Program-made: the position numbers and the translations under genes
Virus record (IMG/VR): IMGVR_UViG_3300044638_002968
Coordinates: 1 to 51,367 of that record
DNA: 51,367 nucleotides
Source: a virus
Taxonomy: Duplodnaviria > Caudoviricetes
Reading direction: 5' to 3' (one strand)
The notes under the pieces: generated by a model
What the model was told of the DNA's origin: nothing
What the model saw: only the letters and a program-made list of their open reading frames with translations
The model's database searches: none
Shown: positions 9,965 to 18,275 of the stretch, piece by piece
Position numbering within the stretch: the first letter of the stretch is position 1
How the letters are laid out: the number at the start of each line of letters is the position of its first letter

Positions 9965-10150
9965 CGCCCCAGCCATGGCCGTTTCCACCGCCCGGAGGCC
10001 CGACACCATGGACCCCGGAGCAGGTGCGCGACTACCAGCGCCAGCAGGAGGAGCGAGCCCGAGAAGCCGCCCCGCCCGCGCCGTGGTGACCCCCGCCGGG
10101 GTTAATTGCGAGACAGCGGCCTCGACCATATTTGCGAGAGAGTTGCCCCC

Positions 10151-10345
10151 ATGATTGCGAGACAAATGCCAAACCAAAACCACCCACTGACACGCGCCTA
10201 CATGCTGGGCGCACGAGCCACCAGCCACACATCCATGAGTGAGGCCATGCGCCTTATCCATGCTTGCGAGAGAGCTGCCGACCGACTAACCATTGACCAG
10301 TGCAAGCTGGCCGCTGAAATACTTATTGAAAGGAAGATGCCATGA
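10151..10345 (+). CDS. Hypothetical protein (start uncertain)
   Basis: ORF coupled to the next gene by an ATGA overlap. Confidence 0.45.
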   Translation: MIARQMPNQNHPLTRAYMLGARATSHTSMSEAMRLIHACERAADRLTIDQCKLAAEILIERKMP

Positions 10346-10590
10346 ACGAAACCGAACGAGTCCTTGCCATGCTGGAAGCCGGGAATCTCGGCATGCCGTC
10401 TCGCGCTGCGCAAGTTATCCGCACGCTTGCTGCCGAAAACAGCCTGATGAAATCCACCATTGCGAGGGTAGAGCGCCACTTGGACTTCGCCAGTCGCTGC
10501 AAAATGAAGCCAGACCCAAACACCTTGATGGCGTATTTTGATGATATGGCTGAACAGCAAAACAGACTGACAACAAGGAGCGAGACATGA
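10342..10590 (+). CDS. Hypothetical protein
   Basis: AAGGA RBS; ATGA overlaps. Confidence 0.55.
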   Translation: MNETERVLAMLEAGNLGMPSRAAQVIRTLAAENSLMKSTIARVERHLDFASRCKMKPDPNTLMAYFDDMAEQQNRLTTRSET

Positions 10591-10766
10591 ACTGCTGCAA
10601 CGAATACGGCGACTGCCGCCAAGGGCGAGACTGCCCTGCCCGTAAGGTCTACACCGGACCCGCCAAGCCCATCCCCACGTACACCGAGCCGATAACCGAC
10701 AAGGGTGAGCGCGTAATCTTTTTGCTGTTGGCTATTGTGGCCGCAGTGTTTCTTTACTTGGAGTAA
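10587..10766 (+). CDS. Small Cys-motif membrane protein
   Basis: Not in the ORF track (59 aa): MNCCNEYGDCRQGRDCPARK...VIFLLLAIVAAVFLYLE; AAGGAG RBS. Confidence 0.6.
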   Translation: MNCCNEYGDCRQGRDCPARKVYTGPAKPIPTYTEPITDKGERVIFLLLAIVAAVFLYLE

Positions 10767-10769
10767 ATC

Positions 10770-11123
10770 ATGAAAATCAAAACATCAGAACTGACAGGCG
10801 CTGCCCTTGATTGGGCGGTGACCAAGTGTGAGACAGGGCAACCACTAGACCGTAACGGCCCGTTTATTGTGGCGTTTAAATACTCAACCGACTGGTCACA
10901 AGGTGGGCCGATCATTGAGCGTGAGGAAATCAGCACTGCAAAGCTAGAAGAAACCTTACCTGATGCCATGGCCCCGCATCCTGCGTGTTGGTCTGGACAT
11001 GTAGACGGCATTTTTGTTCGTTATGGCCCCACACCCCTAATCGCCGCCATGCGGTGCTACGTTGCATCCAAGCTGGGCGATGAAGTCGATGTTCCGGAGG
11101 AGCTATGCCCAGCTACCGCATGA
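10770..11123 (+). CDS. NinX-like (DUF2591) protein
   Basis: SELTGAALDWAV...YSTDWSQGGPIIERE.I...GPTPLIAAMRCYVASKLGDEV signature. Confidence 0.8.
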   Translation: MKIKTSELTGAALDWAVTKCETGQPLDRNGPFIVAFKYSTDWSQGGPIIEREEISTAKLEETLPDAMAPHPACWSGHVDGIFVRYGPTPLIAAMRCYVASKLGDEVDVPEELCPATA

Positions 11124-11293
11124 CCATCGAAAGAACCGTGCGCTTTCAGCTTGATCTCGAGGCAGATGACCGCCTTGACGCCCTCAGAAAAGTCACTGAA
11201 ATGGCATTGGATTATGATGACCGAGACCTAAAGGAAACCCGTGTCATATCTGTCCAAGAACCCACAAAGCCTGTTCAGCATCCATTTGATTGA
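11105..11293 (+). CDS. Hypothetical protein
   Basis: GGAGGAG RBS. Confidence 0.55.
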   Translation: MPSYRMTIERTVRFQLDLEADDRLDALRKVTEMALDYDDRDLKETRVISVQEPTKPVQHPFD

Positions 11294-11456
11294 GGGGCCT
11301 GATGGCCGTGTGTCTGCCCTTGCGGAGTGGGTAGGCCACGGTCCAAACGTGCTCGACATTGGGTTTGAAATTATGCAGAAGTTGGAGTTGGCAGCCCGAG
11401 CGCACCCCGAGCGCCTAGCTGTACAACCTCTTACACATTGCGTTAACTACCAGTAA
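11241..11456 (+). CDS. Hypothetical protein
   Basis: AAGGAAA RBS, GTG start; last gene before the terminator. Confidence 0.45.
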   Translation: MSYLSKNPQSLFSIHLIEGPDGRVSALAEWVGHGPNVLDIGFEIMQKLELAARAHPERLAVQPLTHCVNYQ

Positions 11457-11462
11457 TTGCGA

Positions 11463-11493
11463 GAGAAGTGGCCCGTTTTGTGCGGGCTTTCTC
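11463..11493. terminator. Hairpin between convergent operons (probable terminator)
   Basis: GAGAAG-TG-GCCCG-TTTTGTG-CGGGC-TTTCTC inverted repeat. Confidence 0.55.
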
Positions 11494-12316
11494 ATTTGAT
11501 CACCTTGCCAAGCGATTGAGACGCTTTGAAGAGTCCAACCCTCTGGTGGTAGTCGTTGAAGTCTTCACCTACGGTATCGCTCATCCAGTAAGGGAGGCCT
11601 GTCTTGATGGCAGTATTCTCGCCAGTCCCGCTGGCGTCGTGGTCCGCAACAACAAAGCCAGAAGGTAAGGTTGCTGCCACCTTGGCTAGATTTCCAGCGC
11701 TGAAGCATACGTGCAGGGTGTAGCGTCTTTTGAGCGCCTTTAAAGTCGCCCTTACAGAAAGTGCTGTCGCGTAACCCTCAACAAGAATGTGCGGTCCTTT
11801 ATTATCAAATGTAAAAGTTGAGCCAGACGTGCGCTGACCGAACAAGAACTTCTTCTCACCGTCCTCCCTGATGATCTGGCAGCCGACAAGGTGGTGGCCT
11901 ACGCGCATAGGGATGACAAGCAGCAGGCCGTCATCAGTCTTCCACACGTTGCCCTGCTCTTCCTTGAAGCCTTTGCGCTCGAGGTACGGATGAAAGCCGA
12001 TCTGGCACTGGTTCAGGATGGACGCAGCCTTGCGAGCGGCCTCTTGCTGCTTCTCGCGAATGTCACGCGCAGCAGCCTCGACAGCCTTGCGTGCCTTGTT
12101 GGGGTCCATCACTGAGTCACCGTCTGCATGCCAGACTTCGATCTCCGTCATGGTGGCATGGTTCTGAATAAATGCGTGCGTGCCCATGTACTTCACGGCC
12201 CCGTTACGGTGCGTGGGCTTGTCCTCTGTGGGGTAGCGCTTCCACACGCCGATGGGTGGCTCTCTGTCCACGATCACGCCATGGATGCGGCAAAAGTCAA
12301 GCAGGTGCATGGTCAT
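11492..12316 (-). CDS. TOPRIM-domain primase
   Basis: HPYLERKG, GEKKFL.G, ILVEGYATALS, FSAGNL, VVADHD...G...DFND. Confidence 0.85.
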   Translation of the reverse strand: MTMHLLDFCRIHGVIVDREPPIGVWKRYPTEDKPTHRNGAVKYMGTHAFIQNHATMTEIEVWHADGDSVMDPNKARKAVEAAARDIREKQQEAARKAASILNQCQIGFHPYLERKGFKEEQGNVWKTDDGLLLVIPMRVGHHLVGCQIIREDGEKKFLFGQRTSGSTFTFDNKGPHILVEGYATALSVRATLKALKRRYTLHVCFSAGNLAKVAATLPSGFVVADHDASGTGENTAIKTGLPYWMSDTVGEDFNDYHQRVGLFKASQSLGKVIK

Positions 12317-13776
12317 CGCTTCCCCTTCAGGTAACGTATCAGAGCAGCCTTCACCGCCTTGTTGAACTCTACGCTCGGGGCTTGCGGCGTTTCAGCCAGA
12401 CCCTTGGGCCAGACGCCATACTTGTCTTTGTAGGTGTGGGCTGCTCTGCCTGCGCTCCATCCGTGGTACTTGACCATGTATTGGCACATGCTGTACCAGT
12501 CTTGCTTGCTTTCCCGAGAGGCCGCTGCTTTCAGCTCCTCCATTTCTCCCGGCACTGACTCCACCATGCTGCGCTTCTCGCGGGTATAGCCGCAGTGAAT
12601 GCAAGTGTCTGACCCTCCGGCCCACAAGTGTCCGCACTTGGGGCACTTGGCCGCTTCCTTCTCCTTGTCGGTCTTTTCCTTCTTGGTCTTCTCGCGAGCG
12701 TCATCCAACTCATGCACGCCGTTGTTGTAAATCTCTTCCCAGTCCTCTTGGAACCTGATGTAGTTGCCTGCATGGTCAAGCCACACCGCGAACTCCTTGT
12801 CAGGGTAGCCGCGCATCACGCGACCCATCTGCTGGACGTGAGATGACAGCGACTTACTGAATGGCCGAGCACTTACGCCGATCATCACGTCAGGAACGTC
12901 AAAGCCCTTGGTCAAGATGTCGGTGGCGATCAGGCCATGAATCTCCGTGTCGGGCTTGCTGAAGTCTTCGATGACATCGCGCTTGAACTCGTCATCATCC
13001 TTGTAGGAAATGCTGATGAAGTTGTAGCCCTGCTCTGCGAACTTCTTGGACAGGTCTGCACCGTGCTCCACGCCTGAACAGAAGATGATGGTCTTGCGAG
13101 GGCGACCGAATATCTCGTGCGTCTTCTTGATCCACTCAGACACAATGTCGCCAGTGATCTGCATGCCGCGCTTCGTTGACTCCGCCTGACTCCACTCGCC
13201 GGCCACCTTCTTGGCACCAGTCATGTCGATCTCTTTGGCGACGAATACACGCAGAGGGCACAGCACTTTCTGGTCCACCAACTCCTTGGTTGTGACCGTG
13301 CTGACAACGCTCTCGTACACATTGCCCAAGCCCTTGGTGAAGGGTGATGCACTCAGGCCAATGACCTTGATGTCAGGGTTGTTCTTGATGAACTCGATGG
13401 TCTGCTTGCGCATGGCGTGCGCTTCGTCAACGATCATCAGCGTCAGGCCCGGAAAGGAGCCGCGCTTCTCGAGCGTCTGGGCTGAGCACACTTGGATGTT
13501 CTCGTATGGCCTGTAACGCCAGTGGCCTGACTGCAGCACGCCGTGCTCGATCTTGTACTTCTCAAGGCGCTGGCTTGTCTGATCGCACAAGATGATGCGG
13601 TCCAAAATCATGGCTGCACGATTCCCCTTCTTGTGGGTTGCATCCAGTAGCGCAATCGCCATCTCAGTTTTTCCGCCACCAGTCGGGCTATAAAGCATCT
13701 GCGCTTTGTAGCCAGCAGCAAAGCCTCTCCTTAGTCCATCCAAAGTATCGTTCTGGTATTTGCGCAACTCAAGCAT
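12313..13776 (-). CDS. Superfamily II (DEAH) helicase with C-terminal Zn ribbon
   Basis: LRKYQ, PTGGGKT, DEAH, SAS, TKGFDVP, QQMGRVMR, CPKC/CIHC; start taken at MLELR (13776). Confidence 0.92.
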   Translation of the reverse strand: MLELRKYQNDTLDGLRRGFAAGYKAQMLYSPTGGGKTEMAIALLDATHKKGNRAAMILDRIILCDQTSQRLEKYKIEHGVLQSGHWRYRPYENIQVCSAQTLEKRGSFPGLTLMIVDEAHAMRKQTIEFIKNNPDIKVIGLSASPFTKGLGNVYESVVSTVTTKELVDQKVLCPLRVFVAKEIDMTGAKKVAGEWSQAESTKRGMQITGDIVSEWIKKTHEIFGRPRKTIIFCSGVEHGADLSKKFAEQGYNFISISYKDDDEFKRDVIEDFSKPDTEIHGLIATDILTKGFDVPDVMIGVSARPFSKSLSSHVQQMGRVMRGYPDKEFAVWLDHAGNYIRFQEDWEEIYNNGVHELDDAREKTKKEKTDKEKEAAKCPKCGHLWAGGSDTCIHCGYTREKRSMVESVPGEMEELKAAASRESKQDWYSMCQYMVKYHGWSAGRAAHTYKDKYGVWPKGLAETPQAPSVEFNKAVKAALIRYLKGKR

Positions 13777-14254
13777 TTTTGTACCTCTTGTTGTTGACAA
13801 TCTTGGATATGGTCTGATGCACCACACCGTATTGATTGGCAAGCTCTTTTTGCTTTGCGCCGTGCGAGTACATGAGCCTTATTTCTGAGGCTTGTTTTTC
13901 TGTGAGTTTTGAGCCGGGATGCGCCGACCCGACAACGTGAGGGTTGCGTGGTGGCTTGCTGTTGCGCCCCTTCTTTACCATGTCATCCACGTTGTCTTGG
14001 TTTGTACCGAGGAAAAGGTGGCTTGGATTGCAGCAAGATGGAACATCGCACTCATGGCAAACAAACATGCCGCTTGGTATTTCTCCGTGGAAGTGCTTGT
14101 AGGTTATGTGGTGCGCCCTGTCATTTGGCATGCCTCTACCGCCCGTGCCAACGATGCCATATCCAAACTCGTTGGATGCGCCTGTAAAAATCCAGCACCC
14201 AGAAAATGGGATGCGGACAACCTTGTCAAGGACTCTTTCGATGACGGGCTTCAT
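13769..14254 (-). CDS. HNH homing endonuclease with C-terminal HTH
   Basis: GCWIFTGA...GYG...AHH...VCHECDVPSCCNPSHLFLGTNQDNVDDM...SKLT. Confidence 0.9.
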   Translation of the reverse strand: MKPVIERVLDKVVRIPFSGCWIFTGASNEFGYGIVGTGGRGMPNDRAHHITYKHFHGEIPSGMFVCHECDVPSCCNPSHLFLGTNQDNVDDMVKKGRNSKPPRNPHVVGSAHPGSKLTEKQASEIRLMYSHGAKQKELANQYGVVHQTISKIVNNKRYKNA

Positions 14255-14445
14255 GCTTCCTCCGCATCAAGCCACACGGCCTTGCACATTACTTCGCCAA
14301 AATCTTCTGGCATCGGACCGCCGTTCATTCTTTGCACGCTGTACAGCGCAGCCCACAAGCGATCCACTGAGTCCTTTGTCCACTCATGCTGAAGAACCGT
14401 CTCAAGTTGCAGCATGGCAAACTGTCTAAGCTCATCATTCGTCAT
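14251..14445 (-). CDS. Hypothetical protein
   Basis: AAAGGA RBS; ATGA overlap with the HNH gene. Confidence 0.6.
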   Translation of the reverse strand: MTNDELRQFAMLQLETVLQHEWTKDSVDRLWAALYSVQRMNGGPMPEDFGEVMCKAVWLDAEEA

Positions 14446-14536
14446 AAAAATCCTTTCAAGTGGTGCCAGTCTAAAAAATCAAACTGACGCCACCCTTACA
14501 ACTGCCAGCACACATGCCCGCTGGCTTGGGCAATGA

Positions 14537-15355
14537 TCACTCAGCCTTCTTGAGTTGACGTTGCAACATTTTGATTTGGGACTTCATTTGATTGTTCTCT
14601 GACTGGTACTGATCACGGCTTTGCTTGACCGCGTTCAGCTCTATCTTGGTGATGCGCAGCTCCTCACGCAGCTCATCAATCAGGCTTGTAGCGGCTTGCT
14701 TTTCTTCTGGTGATGCGTCCATGGCTACGACTGCAACACGGGCCTTCAGCTCTTCATTCTCGGCCAACAGCATGTCGATGGCTTCTTGGTTCTGATCGTC
14801 CTGCGGTGGCGTGACCTCGGGACCTTTGAGTTCCGGCTCTTTCGGTGCGCGGCCCGCAGCCTTCTTCTTCTCCATCACCTTACCGCTTGGTGTTTTGTAC
14901 TTCACCGTATCGCCCGTGTCTTTGCCAACGCCCTTGCGCAGTTCAGACACGAACGATGGGGACACATGGCAGTGCTTGGCGATCTGGCCGTTAGCCATAC
15001 CCTCCCATTCAAAGTCATCCAACAGCGTCATCACCGCCTTGCGCTTGTCTGCATGGGTGCGGCGCATGCCGTGGTCGGTGTTCACGCCTGTTGAATGGAA
15101 TACGGCGTCCCTCAGTGTGCCCTGAACCACGCTACATAGGATGGATACCTTCTCTGCACGCTTGTGGGCCAGCAGTCGGTGATAGCCGTCCGTCAGGTAG
15201 TAGTTGATGCCATCAAAATAAACCAACACAGGAGGGAAGTCAGCGCCAGCAGCAATGGCATCTGCATACTCCGATACCGTCTCCTCATTGATCTCTGTTC
15301 TCGACTGCAGGCGCTCGTCCATTACGAGAGCGCCGATGTTCATGACTTTGTTCAT
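14537..15355 (-). CDS. ParB-like N-terminal domain + HTH + coiled-coil protein
   Basis: FPPVLV...LTDGYHRLLA, NTDHGMRRT..DKRKAV, IAKHCHVSPSFV; start MNKVM at 15355. Confidence 0.8.
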   Translation of the reverse strand: MNKVMNIGALVMDERLQSRTEINEETVSEYADAIAAGADFPPVLVYFDGINYYLTDGYHRLLAHKRAEKVSILCSVVQGTLRDAVFHSTGVNTDHGMRRTHADKRKAVMTLLDDFEWEGMANGQIAKHCHVSPSFVSELRKGVGKDTGDTVKYKTPSGKVMEKKKAAGRAPKEPELKGPEVTPPQDDQNQEAIDMLLAENEELKARVAVVAMDASPEEKQAATSLIDELREELRITKIELNAVKQSRDQYQSENNQMKSQIKMLQRQLKKAE

Positions 15356-15501
15356 TTGCTTTCCTTCATTGTCCAACCCAAAAGAAACCAACGCCAGTAG
15401 GTCTGGATGTTGATGTTGTCGTACTTCTCGCCATCCCAACCGGGGGCTCGTTTGCCCTTAGTCATGAGGATGGCCTCGAACTGCTTTCGCGCTTCGTGCA
15501 T
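15352..15501 (-). CDS. Small hypothetical protein (49 aa)
   Basis: AGGAGG RBS; MHEARKQFEA...YWRWFLLGW; ATGA overlap. Confidence 0.6.
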   Translation of the reverse strand: MHEARKQFEAILMTKGKRAPGWDGEKYDNINIQTYWRWFLLGWTMKESK

Positions 15502-15511
15502 GTTGCACCTC

Positions 15512-15970
15512 CTATAAAAAATTGATCTTTGATGACTTGCTGCGGATCATGTCCGTCACCCGCTTGATGTGCTTTTCGTACACGCTGCGAGCCACCGAGG
15601 TCCTCTGCAATTCGTGCCACTCAATGATTTCTTGAAAGCTCTGAAGGCCAAGTGCCGTAGAGCCCATCCTTCCGAGGCGCTTAAACCGCTCATGCGCGTC
15701 CAGCAGGTGCATCTCAGCGATCTTGCAATGCACCATGACCTCCGGGCCAATGTCGGCTTCGGCCATGCTCTCAGCTAGGCAAACCACTGCGTTGATGTTG
15801 TTCCAGTCTTGCTTGGTAGCAGAGCCATTCCTAAATGCCTCCATGCTGCCGTTCTCTTTCTTGCGCAGGATGTCTAGGCTCTCCTCGTCCGTAATGGATG
15901 CCCCCACCATGGCGTGCATGATCGGATTGATGCCCGTGTCCCATATTTTTCTTCGTGTTTGTTTGCGCAT
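15512..15970 (-). CDS. Hypothetical phage protein
   Basis: MRKQTRRKIW...ATKQDWN...ERFKRLGRMG...HELQR; likely leaderless start just after a -10 box. Confidence 0.65.
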   Translation of the reverse strand: MRKQTRRKIWDTGINPIMHAMVGASITDEESLDILRKKENGSMEAFRNGSATKQDWNNINAVVCLAESMAEADIGPEVMVHCKIAEMHLLDAHERFKRLGRMGSTALGLQSFQEIIEWHELQRTSVARSVYEKHIKRVTDMIRSKSSKINFL

Positions 15971-15976
15971 GACTCC

Positions 15977-16041
15977 ATCATACACACTTCTGCATTTCTT
16001 TGCAATAAACTGTTGCAAATTATTTTAAACTGCACTAAACT
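15977..16041. promoter_or_regulatory. Back-to-back divergent sigma70 promoters
   Basis: Minus strand: TTGCAA(16005-16000)-17-TATGAT(15982-15977). Plus strand: TTGCAA(16013-16018)-17-TAAACT(16036-16041). Confidence 0.7.
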
Positions 16042-16092
16042 ACAGTCTTGGCAACCAATTCGCGGAGGTTGCCACAACACAGGAGAGGACGT

Positions 16093-16188
16093 ATGACCAA
16101 CTGCAGACAACACATGTGGGAGCCTGTTGAGGGCCAACCTTTGTACAAGTGCGCCCGATGCGGCGCTTTTCTGAGGATCATCAAATGA
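16093..16188 (+). CDS. Tiny Zn-finger-like protein (31 aa)
   Basis: AGGAGAGG RBS; MTNCRQHMWE...YKCARCGA. Confidence 0.5.
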   Translation: MTNCRQHMWEPVEGQPLYKCARCGAFLRIIK

Positions 16189-16613
16189 AAGAAGAATGGC
16201 TATTTCCGAACGCAGTTGTTCCGGTAGACGTTGAAACGACAGCCGCGCTGGTGGCTGAGATACACAGGCTGATTGACGTTGTGGGCGGCTTGGTATTGAA
16301 GCAAGGCCCAGATTATGAGCGCGGGTTTGTTGACGGTATGCAAAAGCAATCGCAGTCAAGCGTGGACAAGGCGGTGAACGCAATGGCACAGCGGCAATGG
16401 GTTGGGCTGACGGTGCTAGAACAGGCGGATTGTTTTGCAAACACTGAAGATGCCACCGAGTTTTATCACGCCATCGAAGCCAAACTCAAGTTGAAGAACA
16501 CCGCAGCACAGCCAGCCGTCCCTGATGCCTTTGGAACTCGTGAGGGTGAGCATCCCCAATATGTGCAGGGATTTAACGATTGCAGAGCAGAGATGCTGAA
16601 AGGAATGAAATGA
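16185..16613 (+). CDS. Hypothetical mosaic protein
   Basis: ATGA overlaps; YERGFVDGMQKQ..SSVDKAVNAM, QWVGLT and GFNDCRAEML segments common in variable phage genes. Confidence 0.6.
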   Translation: MKEEWLFPNAVVPVDVETTAALVAEIHRLIDVVGGLVLKQGPDYERGFVDGMQKQSQSSVDKAVNAMAQRQWVGLTVLEQADCFANTEDATEFYHAIEAKLKLKNTAAQPAVPDAFGTREGEHPQYVQGFNDCRAEMLKGMK

Positions 16614-16828
16614 AAACCACGATAGACATGGCCCGTGAGGCTGGCTTTGATGTGGTTGTACAAATTAATGCTGTAGATGGAAGCATTGCACACCTCACAG
16701 CATTTGCTGCCCTTGTCCGTGCTGATGAGCGTGAGGCGTGTGCAAAGGAGGCCGACAAGTGGAGTAGGCGTGACGATGACGTTGGTGCATTTATTGGCAA
16801 ATCTATCCGAGCAAGGGGGAACACATGA
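16610..16828 (+). CDS. Hypothetical protein
   Basis: DMAREAG...FAALVRADEREACAK...IRARG family pattern. Confidence 0.7.
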   Translation: MKTTIDMAREAGFDVVVQINAVDGSIAHLTAFAALVRADEREACAKEADKWSRRDDDVGAFIGKSIRARGNT

Positions 16829-17022
16829 TTGCATGGCTAAAGAAAAAATGGTGCGCCAAGTTCGGCCACAACTACGAGAGCAACCCCGCCGGAGCAATTG
16901 TCTGCACCAGATGCGGCCACATTCTCGCGGAGTCTCGCTCAGAGTTCTTGCGGTCGCTGCTGCCAGAGATTCAAAAGATTTTTGGAATTGAGTACGCCAA
17001 ATACACCAAGGAGAAACCATGA
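16825..17022 (+). CDS. Hypothetical protein (CxxxGH...CxRC)
   Basis: WCAKFGHNY...CTRCG; overlapping start/stop. Confidence 0.6.
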   Translation: MIAWLKKKWCAKFGHNYESNPAGAIVCTRCGHILAESRSEFLRSLLPEIQKIFGIEYAKYTKEKP

Positions 17023-17210
17023 TTGACGTATATCCAACCCGCATAGAGGCCGTAGACGAGGACAAAAATGTCCTGTTCGTGCTTCAAATGGAAGACGCCC
17101 AGTGCTGCACCATGCACATCAAGAGCCCCATCCTGCTGAGCAATGGAAACCTAGAGCAAGTGCTGACCGCCGTGCGCCGGGCGGTGCAGATGCTTGGACT
17201 GGAGGACTGA
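17019..17210 (+). CDS. Hypothetical protein
   Basis: AAGGAG RBS; ATGA overlap. Confidence 0.6.
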   Translation: MIDVYPTRIEAVDEDKNVLFVLQMEDAQCCTMHIKSPILLSNGNLEQVLTAVRRAVQMLGLED

Positions 17211-17226
17211 GCCGCTACGCTCCGAG

Positions 17227-17252
17227 AAGCCCGCCACAGTGCGGGTTTTTTT
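17227..17252 (+). terminator. Rho-independent terminator
   Basis: AAGCCCGC-CACAGT-GCGGGTT followed by a T run. Confidence 0.8.
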
Positions 17253-17591
17253 ACGACCAAAAATTCCGTCAGCTCAAAAAAGTTTAGGCCATTGCTACGC
17301 CGGGTGACTGGGGACCCCGTATCCGAGGCATCTAGTCACCGTACCCACCACAGCCGCGCTTCTGTCGGCTCTGTAGCTGGCTGGCATCCATCGCTGGGTA
17401 GCCCGTCATAAACGACTGTTTCATCGGGAGGAGTGCTGTAGCCGTCACCGTTATCACTCATGCCTGCGCCAGTACCACAGTTAGTCTGGCACGCCCCCGT
17501 TGGTCTTGCGGAGACGATAGTCTTTACTGGGTGCCGGAGATTTCTGCCGCATAAGCTAACGCGCCCTGACGGCTGGACGTGAAACGGGCAT

Positions 17592-17715
17592 GAAAAAAGC
17601 CGTTAGTTCAGACCCCGGTGGAACCCGCATGCTGGCTTTATGGGCCAACACACGGCACCCCAAAGGGGTCGGAGTCTGAACTAACGGCTTTCACTTACTT
17701 GGAGTTCCACGTCCT
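17592..17715 (-). ncRNA. C4/CI-like structured antisense RNA
   Basis: 22-bp closing stem (17596-17617 / 17670-17691, G:U only on the minus strand), internal hairpins and a 3' U tract; internal UUCCAC is complementary to upstream GUGGAA. Confidence 0.6.
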
Positions 17716-17724
17716 AGCGGCTCC

Positions 17725-17754
17725 AGTATATCAACAAAGGGGAACAGGGTGCAA
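17725..17754 (-). promoter_or_regulatory. Sigma70 promoter for the C4-like RNA
   Basis: TTGCAC, 18-nt spacer ending in TGA, TATACT (extended -10) on the minus strand. Confidence 0.6.
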
Positions 17755-17826
17755 CAACTTTGTCCACGGAGGTCCATTAAGGTACGTCTCGGCGGGTTTA
17801 AAAGCGACACGGTGTCGTATTTGGGC

Positions 17827-17853
17827 AAAAAAACCCCACGTCTGAGGTGGGGT
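17827..17853 (-). terminator. Rho-independent terminator after the VRR-NUC gene
   Basis: Minus strand ACCCCAC-CTCAGAC-GTGGGGT followed by a T run. Confidence 0.7.
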
Positions 17854-17894
17854 AAGTTCACTCAAGGAGAAACACCATGAAACACGCCTGCAGT

Positions 17895-18179
17895 TTAGCC
17901 GCAGGTGCGCAGCAGTGCAATGGCCTCTTCCACACTGTTCACAATGTACAGGTCTGAGCCGGGCCACTCGTCGTGGAACTTCTGCTCCGCGTCCGTCAGC
18001 CGGCGTGCCGATGGCGACTTAGCCCCGTCCTTCACCTCAATCAGCAGGGTCTCCCCACGGTAGCTCACCAGCAGGTCAAACAGCCCCTCGTCGTTGATCT
18101 GCTTGACGTAAGCACCCTCGGCACGCATAGCCTTGATGATGTCCTGCTCGTTGTCGTCGCGCCGCGCAGCTCGTCTCAT
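17895..18179 (-). CDS. VRR-NUC family nuclease
   Basis: RRAARRDDNE...DLLV...LIEVKDG...LT..EQKFH..W.G...V.SVEEA. Confidence 0.85.
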   Translation of the reverse strand: MRRAARRDDNEQDIIKAMRAEGAYVKQINDEGLFDLLVSYRGETLLIEVKDGAKSPSARRLTDAEQKFHDEWPGSDLYIVNSVEEAIALLRTCG

Positions 18180-18226
18180 AGGGTTTGTCCTAACGAAAAT
18201 AATTTGAAAATATATTGTATCGGTTG

Positions 18227-18256
18227 TTGACGAACCTGATATATAGCAGATACAAT
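18227..18256 (+). promoter_or_regulatory. Sigma70 promoter for the RNA array and RAMP operon
   Basis: TTGACG(18227-18232)-18 nt-TACAAT(18251-18256) with an AT-rich UP-like region. Confidence 0.7.
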
Positions 18257-18275
18257 CGAGTCCAATCTACCTGAT

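Noticed and set aside
17260-17590. Protein-coding gene downstream of the C4-like RNA
   Set aside because: The minus-strand ATGs I checked (17591, 17552) hit stops within about 11-21 codons
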